This document shows positions 1 to 7,633 of a stretch of DNA of 11,899 nt, in pieces (position 1 is the stretch's first letter; every line of letters starts with the position of its first letter). Where the stretch lies: assembly GCA_965213675.1 (NCBI GenBank), contig CBDCAF010000001.1, forward strand, positions 1-11,899. The letters run 5' to 3'. The notes beneath the pieces are model-generated. The model had not been told where the DNA came from. It made no database searches and was given only the letters and a program-made list of their open reading frames with translations. A program made the position numbers and the translations under genes. The stretch is from an uncultured Candidatus Binatia bacterium. Lineage in GTDB: Bacteria > Desulfobacterota > Binatia > UBA9968 > JAJDTQ01.

Positions 1-642
1 AACCGAATACGGGGGCCGTCACACCGCCAGATCGAAGAGAATATAGCATACGCCGAGATCGACGCTGACCTCTTCGGGTTCATGCAGAGTTCAGAGGGCC
101 GAGATGCACTGAGAGAACAACTGATCCGCAGTTGGTTTCCCGATCATCGTGAAGCCTTGAGCAAGCTCGTGTTGTTCCGTCGCGAATCGAACGGCTACGA
201 ACGTTCCCTGCGCGGTGTGTTTGACGAAGTACCGATGGTCCGCGATGAGCCACTCCACGCCAAGGCTCGCAACAGCGCTTTTCGCCGTCTCGTTCTCGAA
301 GCCTACGACTACCGTTGTGCTGCATCTGGTTGGCGTTTGATCGTTCCCGAGAGCAGCATTCTCGTAGAAGCAGCCCATTTGATACCGCATTCGGAGTCAC
401 AGGATGACGACCCTCGCAACGGGATCGCGTTGACGCCCAACTACCATTGGGCGTTGGACCGACGCGTAATCGCACCGGGACCGGATCTGAAGTGGCACGT
501 GTCGGAGGTTGTCGAAGAACGGATCGCGGATAACCGGCCCTTGATCGAACTGCGAGGTACGAAAGTCATGCTCCCGAACAAGAAGGACATGTTTCCGAGG
601 AAAGACGCCTTGGAGTGGCGGCTGGAGCACCTTCTGAAATAG
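1..642 (+). CDS. HNH endonuclease (putative modification-dependent restriction endonuclease), 5'-truncated by the window edge
   Basis: Frame 1 is open from base 1 (NRIRGPSHRQIEENIAYAEIDADLFGFMQ...), so the ATG at 82 is internal. The C-terminal HNH_2-type motifs are RNSAFRRLVLEAYDYRCAASG, VEAAHLIP and DDPRNGIALTPNYHWALD, with the typical tail P..EALEWR. Stop TAG at 640-642. Confidence 0.88.
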   Translation, partial: NRIRGPSHRQIEENIAYAEIDADLFGFMQSSEGRDALREQLIRSWFPDHREALSKLVLFRRESNGYERSLRGVFDEVPMVRDEPLHAKARNSAFRRLVLEAYDYRCAASGWRLIVPESSILVEAAHLIPHSESQDDDPRNGIALTPNYHWALDRRVIAPGPDLKWHVSEVVEERIADNRPLIELRGTKVMLPNKKDMFPRKDALEWRLEHLLK

Positions 643-652
643 GTGCGAGTTC

Positions 653-1828
653 TCACACCCCCCTCAACACCTCCGCCATCTCTCTTACCCCAATCACCTC
701 CACCTCCCGTGACAGCGGATAGCGCTCCGTTCCCGCGTACACGACGAACGCCTTCTCGGGCCGTACGTCTTCCAGCGCGTTGTAGAAGCCTCGGGTGGGG
801 CGTGGGGCAAGGCTGTGCTTGATCTCGATGGCCCAGGGGGCGGTGCGGCCGGGGAGCTCAAGGACCAGGTCGATCTCGGCGCCGGCGGCGGTGCGGTAGA
901 AGCTGGCGAGGGTCCGCCAGGGTGCCACGGCCAGGAGATTCTCGATCACGAAACCCTCCCAGCTCGCGCCCATCACGGGGTGACCGGTGACGGTGAGCTC
1001 GTCCTGAATGCCGAGGAGCCCGTGCACGAGGCCGCTGTCTCTGACGTACACCTTGGGCGACTTCACCAGCCGCTTGCGGGTGTTGGCGATGAAGGGCGGC
1101 AAACGCCGAGCCAGCAGCAGATCGGTCATGAGATCGACGTACCGGGTGACCATGGGCGCACTGATGGACAGGCTGGAGGCCAGCGCCGAGGCGTTCAGCA
1201 GGGATCCCTGCCCGTGGGCGAGCATCCGCCACAGCCTCTCCAGCGTGGCGGCGGGAACCGGGTACGGCGAGAACTGCGGCATGTCCCGTTCCAGGTACGT
1301 GCTGATGAAGTTCAGACGGTACGCGAGGCTGTCTGCATCGTTGGCGGCGAGAAAGCTCTCGGGGAAGCCGCCGCGTACCCACAACCTCCTGAGGGCCTCG
1401 TCGTCAGGCGCTGCTTCGAGAACGTCGAAGGGATGGAGCGCCACGTATTCGATGCGCCCCGCCAGACTCTCGCTCGACTGCCGCAGCAGGTCCATGGATG
1501 CGGAGCCCAGGATCAGGAACCGGCCCGTGCGCCTGCCCGCCCGGCGGCCTTCGTCGATGAGGCCGCGCAACTCGCGGAACAACTCCGGGGCGCGGTGGAC
1601 CTCGTCGATGATCACCAGACGGTCGGCGTACCGCTCAAGGAAGAGCCTGGGCTCGGCCAGCCTGCCCCGATCCGTGCTTTTCTCAAGGTCAAGGTATACG
1701 TTATTGTCAACGTTGGCGATTTGCCGCGCCAGCGTGGTCTTGCCAACTTGACGCGGGCCGATGAGTGCCACGGCGGCCTGACGACCCAGAGCGACGCGGA
1801 CGTCTTTGGCTGCGCGACGCGCGATCAT
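653..1828 (-). CDS. AAA+ ATP-binding protein, AAA_14 + DUF4143 family
   Basis: 391 aa. Walker A GPRQVGKTT, Walker B VIIDEVH, GRFLILGSAS, ESLAGRI, RGGFP, KRLVKSPKVYVRDSG, GASWEGFV and a C-terminal PD-(D/E)xK-like FYRT..GAEIDLV...AIEIK. Confidence 0.93.
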   Translation of the reverse strand: MIARRAAKDVRVALGRQAAVALIGPRQVGKTTLARQIANVDNNVYLDLEKSTDRGRLAEPRLFLERYADRLVIIDEVHRAPELFRELRGLIDEGRRAGRRTGRFLILGSASMDLLRQSSESLAGRIEYVALHPFDVLEAAPDDEALRRLWVRGGFPESFLAANDADSLAYRLNFISTYLERDMPQFSPYPVPAATLERLWRMLAHGQGSLLNASALASSLSISAPMVTRYVDLMTDLLLARRLPPFIANTRKRLVKSPKVYVRDSGLVHGLLGIQDELTVTGHPVMGASWEGFVIENLLAVAPWRTLASFYRTAAGAEIDLVLELPGRTAPWAIEIKHSLAPRPTRGFYNALEDVRPEKAFVVYAGTERYPLSREVEVIGVREMAEVLRGV

Positions 1829-1830
1829 CC

Positions 1831-1870
1831 TTGCAAATTAAAATGATTTGTTTGGATTTGCAATATTATA
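1831..1870. promoter_or_regulatory. AT-rich divergent promoter region with an 8-bp inverted repeat (TTGCAAAT-N17-ATTTGCAA), a putative operator
   Basis: TTGCAAAT at 1831-1838 and ATTTGCAA at 1856-1863, starting 2 bp upstream of the ATPase ATG. A perfect TATAAT lies on the minus strand at 1865-1870. The stretch is AT-rich within GC-rich DNA. Confidence 0.55.
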
Positions 1871-1906
1871 AGCAGCGTCTACTCTGCAGTTGATGGTGAC
1901 GTTTGG

Positions 1907-2302
1907 ATGTCTCCCTCTTGGATGGCAACTCTGCGGCGCATCGCCGCCACGTTCGCCTCGAAAGGCCGCAACGTTCGCGGGACCGTAGACGACGACCCCC
2001 ACGACGGCACCCCACCCGACGACGACACCGTCGTCCTCCCCATCGAGGACCACATCGACCTCCACCCGTTCGCGCCCCGGGACATCCCGAGCGTGGTGGA
2101 GGAGTACGTCTGGCAGTGCCACGAGCAGGGGTTGCGGGAGGTGCGGATCATTCACGGGCGCGGCAAGGGGGTGCAGCGGCGCATCGTGCAGTCGGCGCTA
2201 GGGAAGAACCCGCTTGTGCTGTCGTGTCACGATGCGCCGGCTGAGAGGGGCGGGTGGGGCGCGACGGTGGCGGTGATTCGCGAAAAGGAGCGTGGAGAGT
2301 AG
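1907..2302 (+). CDS. Stand-alone Smr-domain (small MutS-related) protein
   Basis: 131 aa with IDLHPF, VRIIHGRGKGVQRRIV and ERGGWGATV, the hallmarks of an Smr domain. The start codon is uncertain and could be further downstream. Confidence 0.9.
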   Translation: MSPSWMATLRRIAATFASKGRNVRGTVDDDPHDGTPPDDDTVVLPIEDHIDLHPFAPRDIPSVVEEYVWQCHEQGLREVRIIHGRGKGVQRRIVQSALGKNPLVLSCHDAPAERGGWGATVAVIREKERGE

Positions 2303-2374
2303 TTTGGCCACGAGGTTATTTTCGGCACCCCTGCGCTCCATGGCAGATCCACGCAGACGTTGCGGCGGAAGTGC

Positions 2375-2433
2375 ACTGGTTCGGAGGTCACTCCGAATTG
2401 GTCGAACTATTTCGGAATGCGCTCCGAACTGGT
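2375..2433. repeat. Tandem pair of 28-bp imperfect palindromes (core TTCGGA-N6-TCCGAA), period 31 bp
   Basis: ACTGGTTCGGAGGTCACTCCGAATTGGT (2375-2402) and ACTATTTCGGAATGCGCTCCGAACTGGT (2406-2433) are 21/28 identical, and each is self-complementary. Confidence 0.75.
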
Positions 2434-2491
2434 GCATGCGTTGCAGGCGGCTACGGCTGCACTACAGGACCGTTTTCCCGCCTCGCCACCC

Positions 2492-2542
2492 CTGGATTCC
2501 CTCCCCCGATCGGGGTCGAGGGCAAGCTTTCGCGGGAATGAC
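2492..2542. repeat. Intergenic REP/RPE-like palindromic element (GGATTCCC...GGGAATGAC type)
   Basis: CTGGATTCCCTCCCCCGATCGGGGTCGAGGGCAAGCTTTCGCGGGAATGAC has ATTCCC/GGGAAT arms and an internal perfect palindrome CCCCGATCGGGG (2504-2515). The minus strand reads VIPAKACPRPRSGEGIQ, the typical pseudo-translation of this dispersed repeat class. Confidence 0.75.
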
Positions 2543-2633
2543 TTTCGGGGCGTGGCCGCCATTCGTTTCCGGGCGGAGATTGGCACGGCCGGCTTCGCGG
2601 GAATGGTGGTTTCGTCCCGGGGCCTGGTGCCGC

Positions 2634-5099
2634 TCAGTCGCTCTCCTCCGCCTCCCGCACCAGCGCCCTGATGCGGTCGGGCGTGAGCGGCAGGTCCTTG
2701 ATCTGGATGCCCAGGGACGACAGGGCGTGGGAGACGGCGTTGGCGAGGGCGGCGCCGCAGGCGACGATGCCGCCTTCGCCGGCGCCCTTGACACCGAGGG
2801 GGTTGAGGGGCGAGGGGGAGTACTCGGTGATGATGCTTTCCACCGGGGGGATCTCCATGCTGGACGGGAGCGGGTAGTCGAGCAGGGTGGTGGTGAGCAA
2901 CTGGCCGTCCTCGTTGTAGGCGAGTTCCTCCAGCAGGGTGCCGCCGATGCCCTGGGCGGCGGCGCCGAGGGCCTGGCCGTGCACGAGCAGGGGGTTGACG
3001 GCGCGGCCGACGTCTTCGAGCACCAAATACCGCAGGATCTCCACCATTCCCGTCTCGGGGTCGACGGCGACGTGCACCAGGTGGCCGCCGTAGGTGTAGG
3101 TGAGGCGGTCGGTGTGGAAGTACTCGGTGGCCTCGAGGCCGGGGGTGTCGCTGCCGGAGAGCCTGCCGGGCTTGGTCATTTCCAGCAGGTCGCCCAGGTT
3201 CAGCAGCGCGCGGCCGGCATCAGCGACATCGCCCCCCGGATTTCCGCGCGGTGCCTCGTACGGGGCAGGCTCTTCCCCGGAATGACCGGGGCTGGCCGCT
3301 ACGGGCCGGTCCGCCCCGGCGTCCGCCTCTCGACCGCCGCTGCCCGCCGCGGGCCGCTCCGTACCGGCGGCATAGACCTTGCCGGAACGGAACTCCAGCC
3401 CCGCGGGGTCCGTCTCCAGCCGCCTCGCGGCCACCTCCAGCAAGCGTTTCCTGAGCGCCTCGGCCGTCAGGTGCACGGCGTTGCCGGCCATGACGGTGCC
3501 GCGGCTGGAATAGGTGCCGCCGCCCCAGGGCATGAGGTCGGTGTGGCCGTGGAACACGGTGATCCACTCCATGGGTACGCCCAGGGCGTCCGCGCAGATC
3601 TGCGCCATGACGGTCTCGTGGCCTTGGCCCAGGGTGGCGATGCCCAGGTAGACGGCGACGCTCTCGGGGCCGGTGACGACCACGCGCGCGCCCTCGGACG
3701 GCCCGAGGCCAGTGTTCTTCACGAACCAGCCGATGCCGATGCCGTGGTAACGGCCGTCCCGCTTCTGCCCCTGGAGGGGTTTCACCGCGTCGTAGCCGAA
3801 CCGCTCCAGGGCGGTGGCCAGCGCCCGCGGGTAGTCGCCGCTGTCGAACACGGTGGAGGCGATGCCCGGGCGCGTGGGCCCCAGGTCGTAGGGCAATTCC
3901 TCGGGCTGGATGAGGTTCTTGCGGCGCAGGTCGATGGGGTCCATGCCCAGGTCGGCCGCGACCATGTCGAGCATGCGCTCGCGGAAGTAACACGACTCGA
4001 AGCGGCCGGGGGCGCGGTAGGTGCCCACCCCCATCTTGTTGGTCATGACGCACTCGACGTGGGCCTCGTAGGCGGGGAAGCGGTACGGCCCGGGCAGCAC
4101 CGCGGCGGTGGACGCGGGCACCAAGCCGCCGTGGGTGCGGATGTGCGCGCCCATGTCGCCGTGGATGCGCGCGCGCATGGCCAGGAACGTGCCGTCCCGG
4201 CGCGTGGCGATCTCCAACTCGCAGCGCACCGCGCGCGAGTGGTTGGCGGCCATGAGGTGCTCGCGCCGGTCCTCGATCCACTTCACGGGCCGCCCGAGGG
4301 TCATGGCGGCATAGGGAATCAGGTAGTCCTCGGGATAGAACTCGCCGCGGATGCCGAAGCCGCCGCCCACGTCGGGCTCGATGAAGTGGATGCGGTGTTC
4401 GGGCATCTCCAGCAGGGACGACAGCACCGCGCGGTTGAAGTGCGCCACCTTGGTCATGCCCCACACCGTCAACTCGCCGCGCCCGGCGTCCCAGGATGCC
4501 ACGAGGCCGCGGGTCTCCATGGGGTTGCCCGTATGGCGGTGCACGCGCAGGACTTCCTTGCGCGTGTACTCGGCATCGCGAAACGCTCCGTCCACGTCGC
4601 CGAGCTTGATGTCGTAGCCGCCGGCCACGTTGGTGCCCTGTTCCTCGTGGATGAGGATGTCGCCCTTGAGCGCCGCCTCCACGTCCGGCACGGCTGGAAG
4701 CGGCTCGTACTCCACGTCGATCAAGTCCGCGCCGTCCTCGGCCACGTAACGGTCCACCGCCGCCACCAGCGCCACCGGCTCGCCCACGTAGGCGACCTTG
4801 TCCCGCGCCAGCGGATACTGGAGAAAGCGGTCCAGACCATCCAGCGCGTACATGCGCAGCGGCACCGGCTTCACCCCGGCGGGCAGGTCCGCGAACGTGA
4901 GTGCCGCAGCCACCCCCGGGAGCTTCAACGCCGCCGACACGTCCACCGACTTGATGCGCGCGTGCGCGTGCGGGCTCCGCAGCACGGCCGCGTAAAGCAC
5001 CCCGGGGAGCTTCACGTCATCGATGAACGTGGCCCTGCCGGTCAGGAACCGGACATCTTCACCGCGCCGTATGGGCGCCCCGATGTATGTCTGCGTCAC
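2634..5099 (-). CDS. Xanthine dehydrogenase family molybdopterin-binding large subunit (CoxL/CutL-like, not form I CO dehydrogenase)
   Basis: 821 aa from a GTG start with GGAGGG upstream. Motifs: IGAPIRRGED.RFLTG, LRSPHAHARI, PMETRG, DVGGGFG, YRAPGR, GQGHET..AQI.AD.LG, GTYSSR, DVGRAVNP..V.GQ..G...QG.G and GVKGAGEGG (catalytic Glu). Confidence 0.93.
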   Translation of the reverse strand: MTQTYIGAPIRRGEDVRFLTGRATFIDDVKLPGVLYAAVLRSPHAHARIKSVDVSAALKLPGVAAALTFADLPAGVKPVPLRMYALDGLDRFLQYPLARDKVAYVGEPVALVAAVDRYVAEDGADLIDVEYEPLPAVPDVEAALKGDILIHEEQGTNVAGGYDIKLGDVDGAFRDAEYTRKEVLRVHRHTGNPMETRGLVASWDAGRGELTVWGMTKVAHFNRAVLSSLLEMPEHRIHFIEPDVGGGFGIRGEFYPEDYLIPYAAMTLGRPVKWIEDRREHLMAANHSRAVRCELEIATRRDGTFLAMRARIHGDMGAHIRTHGGLVPASTAAVLPGPYRFPAYEAHVECVMTNKMGVGTYRAPGRFESCYFRERMLDMVAADLGMDPIDLRRKNLIQPEELPYDLGPTRPGIASTVFDSGDYPRALATALERFGYDAVKPLQGQKRDGRYHGIGIGWFVKNTGLGPSEGARVVVTGPESVAVYLGIATLGQGHETVMAQICADALGVPMEWITVFHGHTDLMPWGGGTYSSRGTVMAGNAVHLTAEALRKRLLEVAARRLETDPAGLEFRSGKVYAAGTERPAAGSGGREADAGADRPVAASPGHSGEEPAPYEAPRGNPGGDVADAGRALLNLGDLLEMTKPGRLSGSDTPGLEATEYFHTDRLTYTYGGHLVHVAVDPETGMVEILRYLVLEDVGRAVNPLLVHGQALGAAAQGIGGTLLEELAYNEDGQLLTTTLLDYPLPSSMEIPPVESIITEYSPSPLNPLGVKGAGEGGIVACGAALANAVSHALSSLGIQIKDLPLTPDRIRALVREAEESD
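3236..3286. repeat. Degenerate copy of the palindromic element, lying inside the molybdoenzyme coding sequence
   Basis: CCGGATTTCC...CCTCGTACGGGGCAGGCTCTTCCCCGGAATGAC is 51 bp, like 2492-2542. It matches that copy at 8/10 bases on the left end and 9/11 on the right end, and shares GGGCA(A/G)GCT and an internal palindrome. Confidence 0.65.
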
Positions 5100-5120
5100 G
5101 GGCTCTTCCCTCCCCGCCCA

Positions 5121-5145
5121 TGGATGCCCGCGTCCCCGTAATGAC
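5121..5145. repeat. Possible short, decayed copy of the same palindromic repeat
   Basis: TGGATGCCCGCGTCCCCGTAATGAC resembles the TGGATTCCC...GGAATGAC ends, in the same orientation as the other two copies. Confidence 0.35.
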
Positions 5146-5196
5146 CATTCGAAATCACCCCGAGCAGGCCTTCATGAGGACACGCGCGTTAATGGT

Positions 5197-5218
5197 GTGC
5201 ACGGCGGCCGTGCACGGC
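5197..5218 (-). terminator. GC-rich hairpin just downstream of the S8 protease stop codon
   Basis: GTGCACGGC-G-GCCGTGCAC (5197-5215) is a perfect inverted repeat. There is no clear U-tract, so a terminator role is uncertain. Confidence 0.35.
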
Positions 5219-5221
5219 GCC

Positions 5222-7633
5222 TCAGAACGCCCAGCGCCAGCCGCCCAGGAAGGTCAGTTCGGGGGCGGCGTCCTTGCGGTGCCCGGGGCGGTGGCTGTAC
5301 ACGGCGCCCAGGCGAAGCTCACCCTTGGGCAGGGGCCGGAGCCATTCGCCGGAGAAGTCCACCTGCCGGGCGCTCGGGGCCAGGCCAGCGCTCACCGCGT
5401 CGTACGACACCGCCCCGGACTTCGTGCGGCTCACCGGCACGGTCAAGGACGCCCGCCCGCGCTCCACGCGCAGGGGCTGCGACACGGAAAGGCGCACCGC
5501 GCCGGCGTGGGCCAGCGCCCGGCTCGCGCGCAGCGTGAACGCGCTGGTGGCCAGCGACGACACCCGGTCCACCAAGCCCGCGCGCGCGTCGGGCACGACC
5601 ATGCCCACCTCGGCGTTGACGCCGATGCGCCACCGGCCCAGCGCCGTGTGCGCGTCCAGCCCCAGGAAGGACGTGTCCGCCGCCAACCCGCCGAACCCAC
5701 CTTCTCCCACGCTCCCCAAAAGCGTCCTGGGCTCGCCGATCCAGCCGGCGCGCATGCCCCAGGGCGACCCCATGCGCCGCCAGTTCAGCGCCGCCCCCAC
5801 CGTGGGCCGCTGTCCCGGCGTGGTGAACGCGGCCACGGACACGCCTCCCCGCGCCGCCAGAGTCGCCTGCACCGCCCCCGCGGCCAGCGACATGTGGCTG
5901 CCCCGGACCTCGGCCGACGCTTCCACGCGGTTGGCGTACAGGGTGATGGGCGCCGCGTCTCCGGCATGACCGCCTCGGTTCCCCGGCGCGTGGAGCGCGT
6001 GACGCGGTTGTGCCGCACCCGCGGGCGCCAACGCGGCACGGTCCGGGCCGCCCGCGCCCCGGTGTGAGGCAACGGGGTCGTCCGCACGACCCGGCCACGC
6101 CCGGTCGGGCGCCAGGAAGCCCCGCAGCCGCGCCGTCACCGATGGCCCGCCCGCGGCCCCGGCCAAGTCCCCCAGCCGGTACCAAAACGGCGCTCCCAGC
6201 CGGTCCAGCGCCATGACCTCCCGCGACGCCAGCGACCGCCGGAGCCCGTCCCCAAACGCCGTCCCCGGGCTGATGGATGTGGACAGCAGCCGGAACCCGC
6301 CCTGTCCCACGCGCGTGTCCACCGGGACCTCCAGCACCCCCACCGGCGAGGTTGCCGCGCCCAGGTCCATCGATCCCTGGCCGTAGACGGTCGCATCGGC
6401 GTAGAAGCCGGTCTTGTCGGCGGTCTCGAACAACCGGGTCACCAGGTCCGTGTTCGCCAACTGATCGCGGAAGAGTTGCTTCATGATGGCGAGCCCGCCG
6501 GACACCATGGGGGCGGCCAACGAGGTCCCTCTGGTCTCCAGAAAGTCCCGACTGTCGAAACCACCCACCGCCGGACCGAAATACGCGGCGGTGACACCGG
6601 CGCCCGGGGCGGCGATGCAGTAGTCCGCGGCCAAGCCGCAACGATTGGAAAAGTAGGCGATCTTCCCGTCGGCCGGGTTCAGGGCGATGACCGCGATGGA
6701 GTGGCCTTGCAGCTCCTCGATGCGTGCCGCAAGCCCCGGCAGAATGTCCACCGACGTGGCGTTCAGCGCCCAGTGCGGACAGTTCTCTGTGGTGGCCGGG
6801 TGGCAAAGATCACCGTGGGAGTTGCCCGCCGCCCACACGAGAATGGCCTTTTCCCCGGCGTCCGCCTGGGCCAGAGCCGCGAGGGTGCTGCCGTAATGGG
6901 CGCGCAGGCCCTCCTCGGTATAACCGTCGATGATCCCCTGATAGCCGAAACTCAGGTTCAGGATGTCCACCTTGCGGTCGCCGTCGCGCCAGGACAGCAC
7001 CTGCTGGTACAACGCCGTGTCCTCGGCATCCACCAAAGACAACACATCCACGGGAAGCGGCCGGTAGACGCCGTCACCTTGGCCCAGGGTCAGGGCGAAC
7101 ATGGCGATGTCCGCCCCCCAGGCCACGCCGTGGTGGGCATAAGGTATGCCGGTGCGCGCGCCGGCCGCGACGCTGGCCACCGCGGTTCCGTGGGAAATGC
7201 CATCTTCTTCGGAGCCCGTCTCGTCCACAGCGCCAGGAGTGAACTCCTCGGTGACGGTCCGATTCCCGTTCCCCGCAATGGACGGATGCTCCAGGTCGAT
7301 GCCCGTGTCGATGAACCCGATGGTCACGCCCGCCCCAGGCTCGGCCTCCGGCCCCTTCACCAAGGCCAGGTTGCCGTAGGCCTCATCCGCTTTGATGTGC
7401 GTCAGACCCCACTGGTTCTGAAATCCCGGCGCCTCGCGGTACTTCTCGCTCTCCTCCGCCGCGGCAGCCTTCACCGCCTCGGGCTCGACGCACTCGCCGC
7501 CCTGCACCTCGATGCACTTGTCCGGAGCGAGCTGCGAACGTCCGCCAATGTTGCCGCAGCCGGCGAGACCGAGCACCAGAAAAAGGAGGACGAGAAATGT
7601 GAGTGCGGCCGTGAACCGGGAATGGTGTGACAT
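5222..7633 (-). CDS. Lipoprotein S8 (subtilisin-like) serine peptidase with a C-terminal autotransporter-like beta-barrel
   Basis: The likely start is ATG 7633 (purine-rich AGGGGGG upstream), giving the signal MSHHSRFTAALTFLVLLFLVLGLAG-C with lipobox LAGC. Catalytic motifs: IGFIDTG (Asp), SHGTAVASVAAG (His), WAAGN (oxyanion Asn) and GTSLAAPMVSG (Ser). The C-terminal region has alternating beta-strands ending in WRWAF. The ORF track start of 7738 is probably too long. Confidence 0.9.
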   Translation of the reverse strand: MSHHSRFTAALTFLVLLFLVLGLAGCGNIGGRSQLAPDKCIEVQGGECVEPEAVKAAAAEESEKYREAPGFQNQWGLTHIKADEAYGNLALVKGPEAEPGAGVTIGFIDTGIDLEHPSIAGNGNRTVTEEFTPGAVDETGSEEDGISHGTAVASVAAGARTGIPYAHHGVAWGADIAMFALTLGQGDGVYRPLPVDVLSLVDAEDTALYQQVLSWRDGDRKVDILNLSFGYQGIIDGYTEEGLRAHYGSTLAALAQADAGEKAILVWAAGNSHGDLCHPATTENCPHWALNATSVDILPGLAARIEELQGHSIAVIALNPADGKIAYFSNRCGLAADYCIAAPGAGVTAAYFGPAVGGFDSRDFLETRGTSLAAPMVSGGLAIMKQLFRDQLANTDLVTRLFETADKTGFYADATVYGQGSMDLGAATSPVGVLEVPVDTRVGQGGFRLLSTSISPGTAFGDGLRRSLASREVMALDRLGAPFWYRLGDLAGAAGGPSVTARLRGFLAPDRAWPGRADDPVASHRGAGGPDRAALAPAGAAQPRHALHAPGNRGGHAGDAAPITLYANRVEASAEVRGSHMSLAAGAVQATLAARGGVSVAAFTTPGQRPTVGAALNWRRMGSPWGMRAGWIGEPRTLLGSVGEGGFGGLAADTSFLGLDAHTALGRWRIGVNAEVGMVVPDARAGLVDRVSSLATSAFTLRASRALAHAGAVRLSVSQPLRVERGRASLTVPVSRTKSGAVSYDAVSAGLAPSARQVDFSGEWLRPLPKGELRLGAVYSHRPGHRKDAAPELTFLGGWRWAF

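Noticed and set aside
815-1846. 343-aa plus-strand ORF and other ORFs overlapping the ATPase
   Set aside because: These are antisense or alternate-frame shadows of a well-supported gene.
2375-2433. 28-bp palindromic repeats as a mini CRISPR array
   Set aside because: There are only two units, separated by 3 bp, with no spacer and no cas genes in the window.
2360-2671. 103-aa ORF in the smr-molybdoenzyme gap
   Set aside because: It is built from palindromic repeat DNA, has no recognisable motif, and overlaps the end of the convergent gene.
2634-5099. Calling the gene coxL (true aerobic CO dehydrogenase)
   Set aside because: It lacks the AYxCSFR copper-binding loop and has no adjacent coxM/coxS.
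2292-5141. 949-aa plus-strand ORF
   Set aside because: It is the antisense shadow of the GC-rich molybdoenzyme gene, has no recognisable motifs, and its N-terminus runs through intergenic repeats.
5087-7630. ORFs of 326, 231, 495 and 384 aa overlapping the S8 gene
   Set aside because: They are Arg/Gly/Pro-rich off-frame translations, as expected in high-GC DNA.
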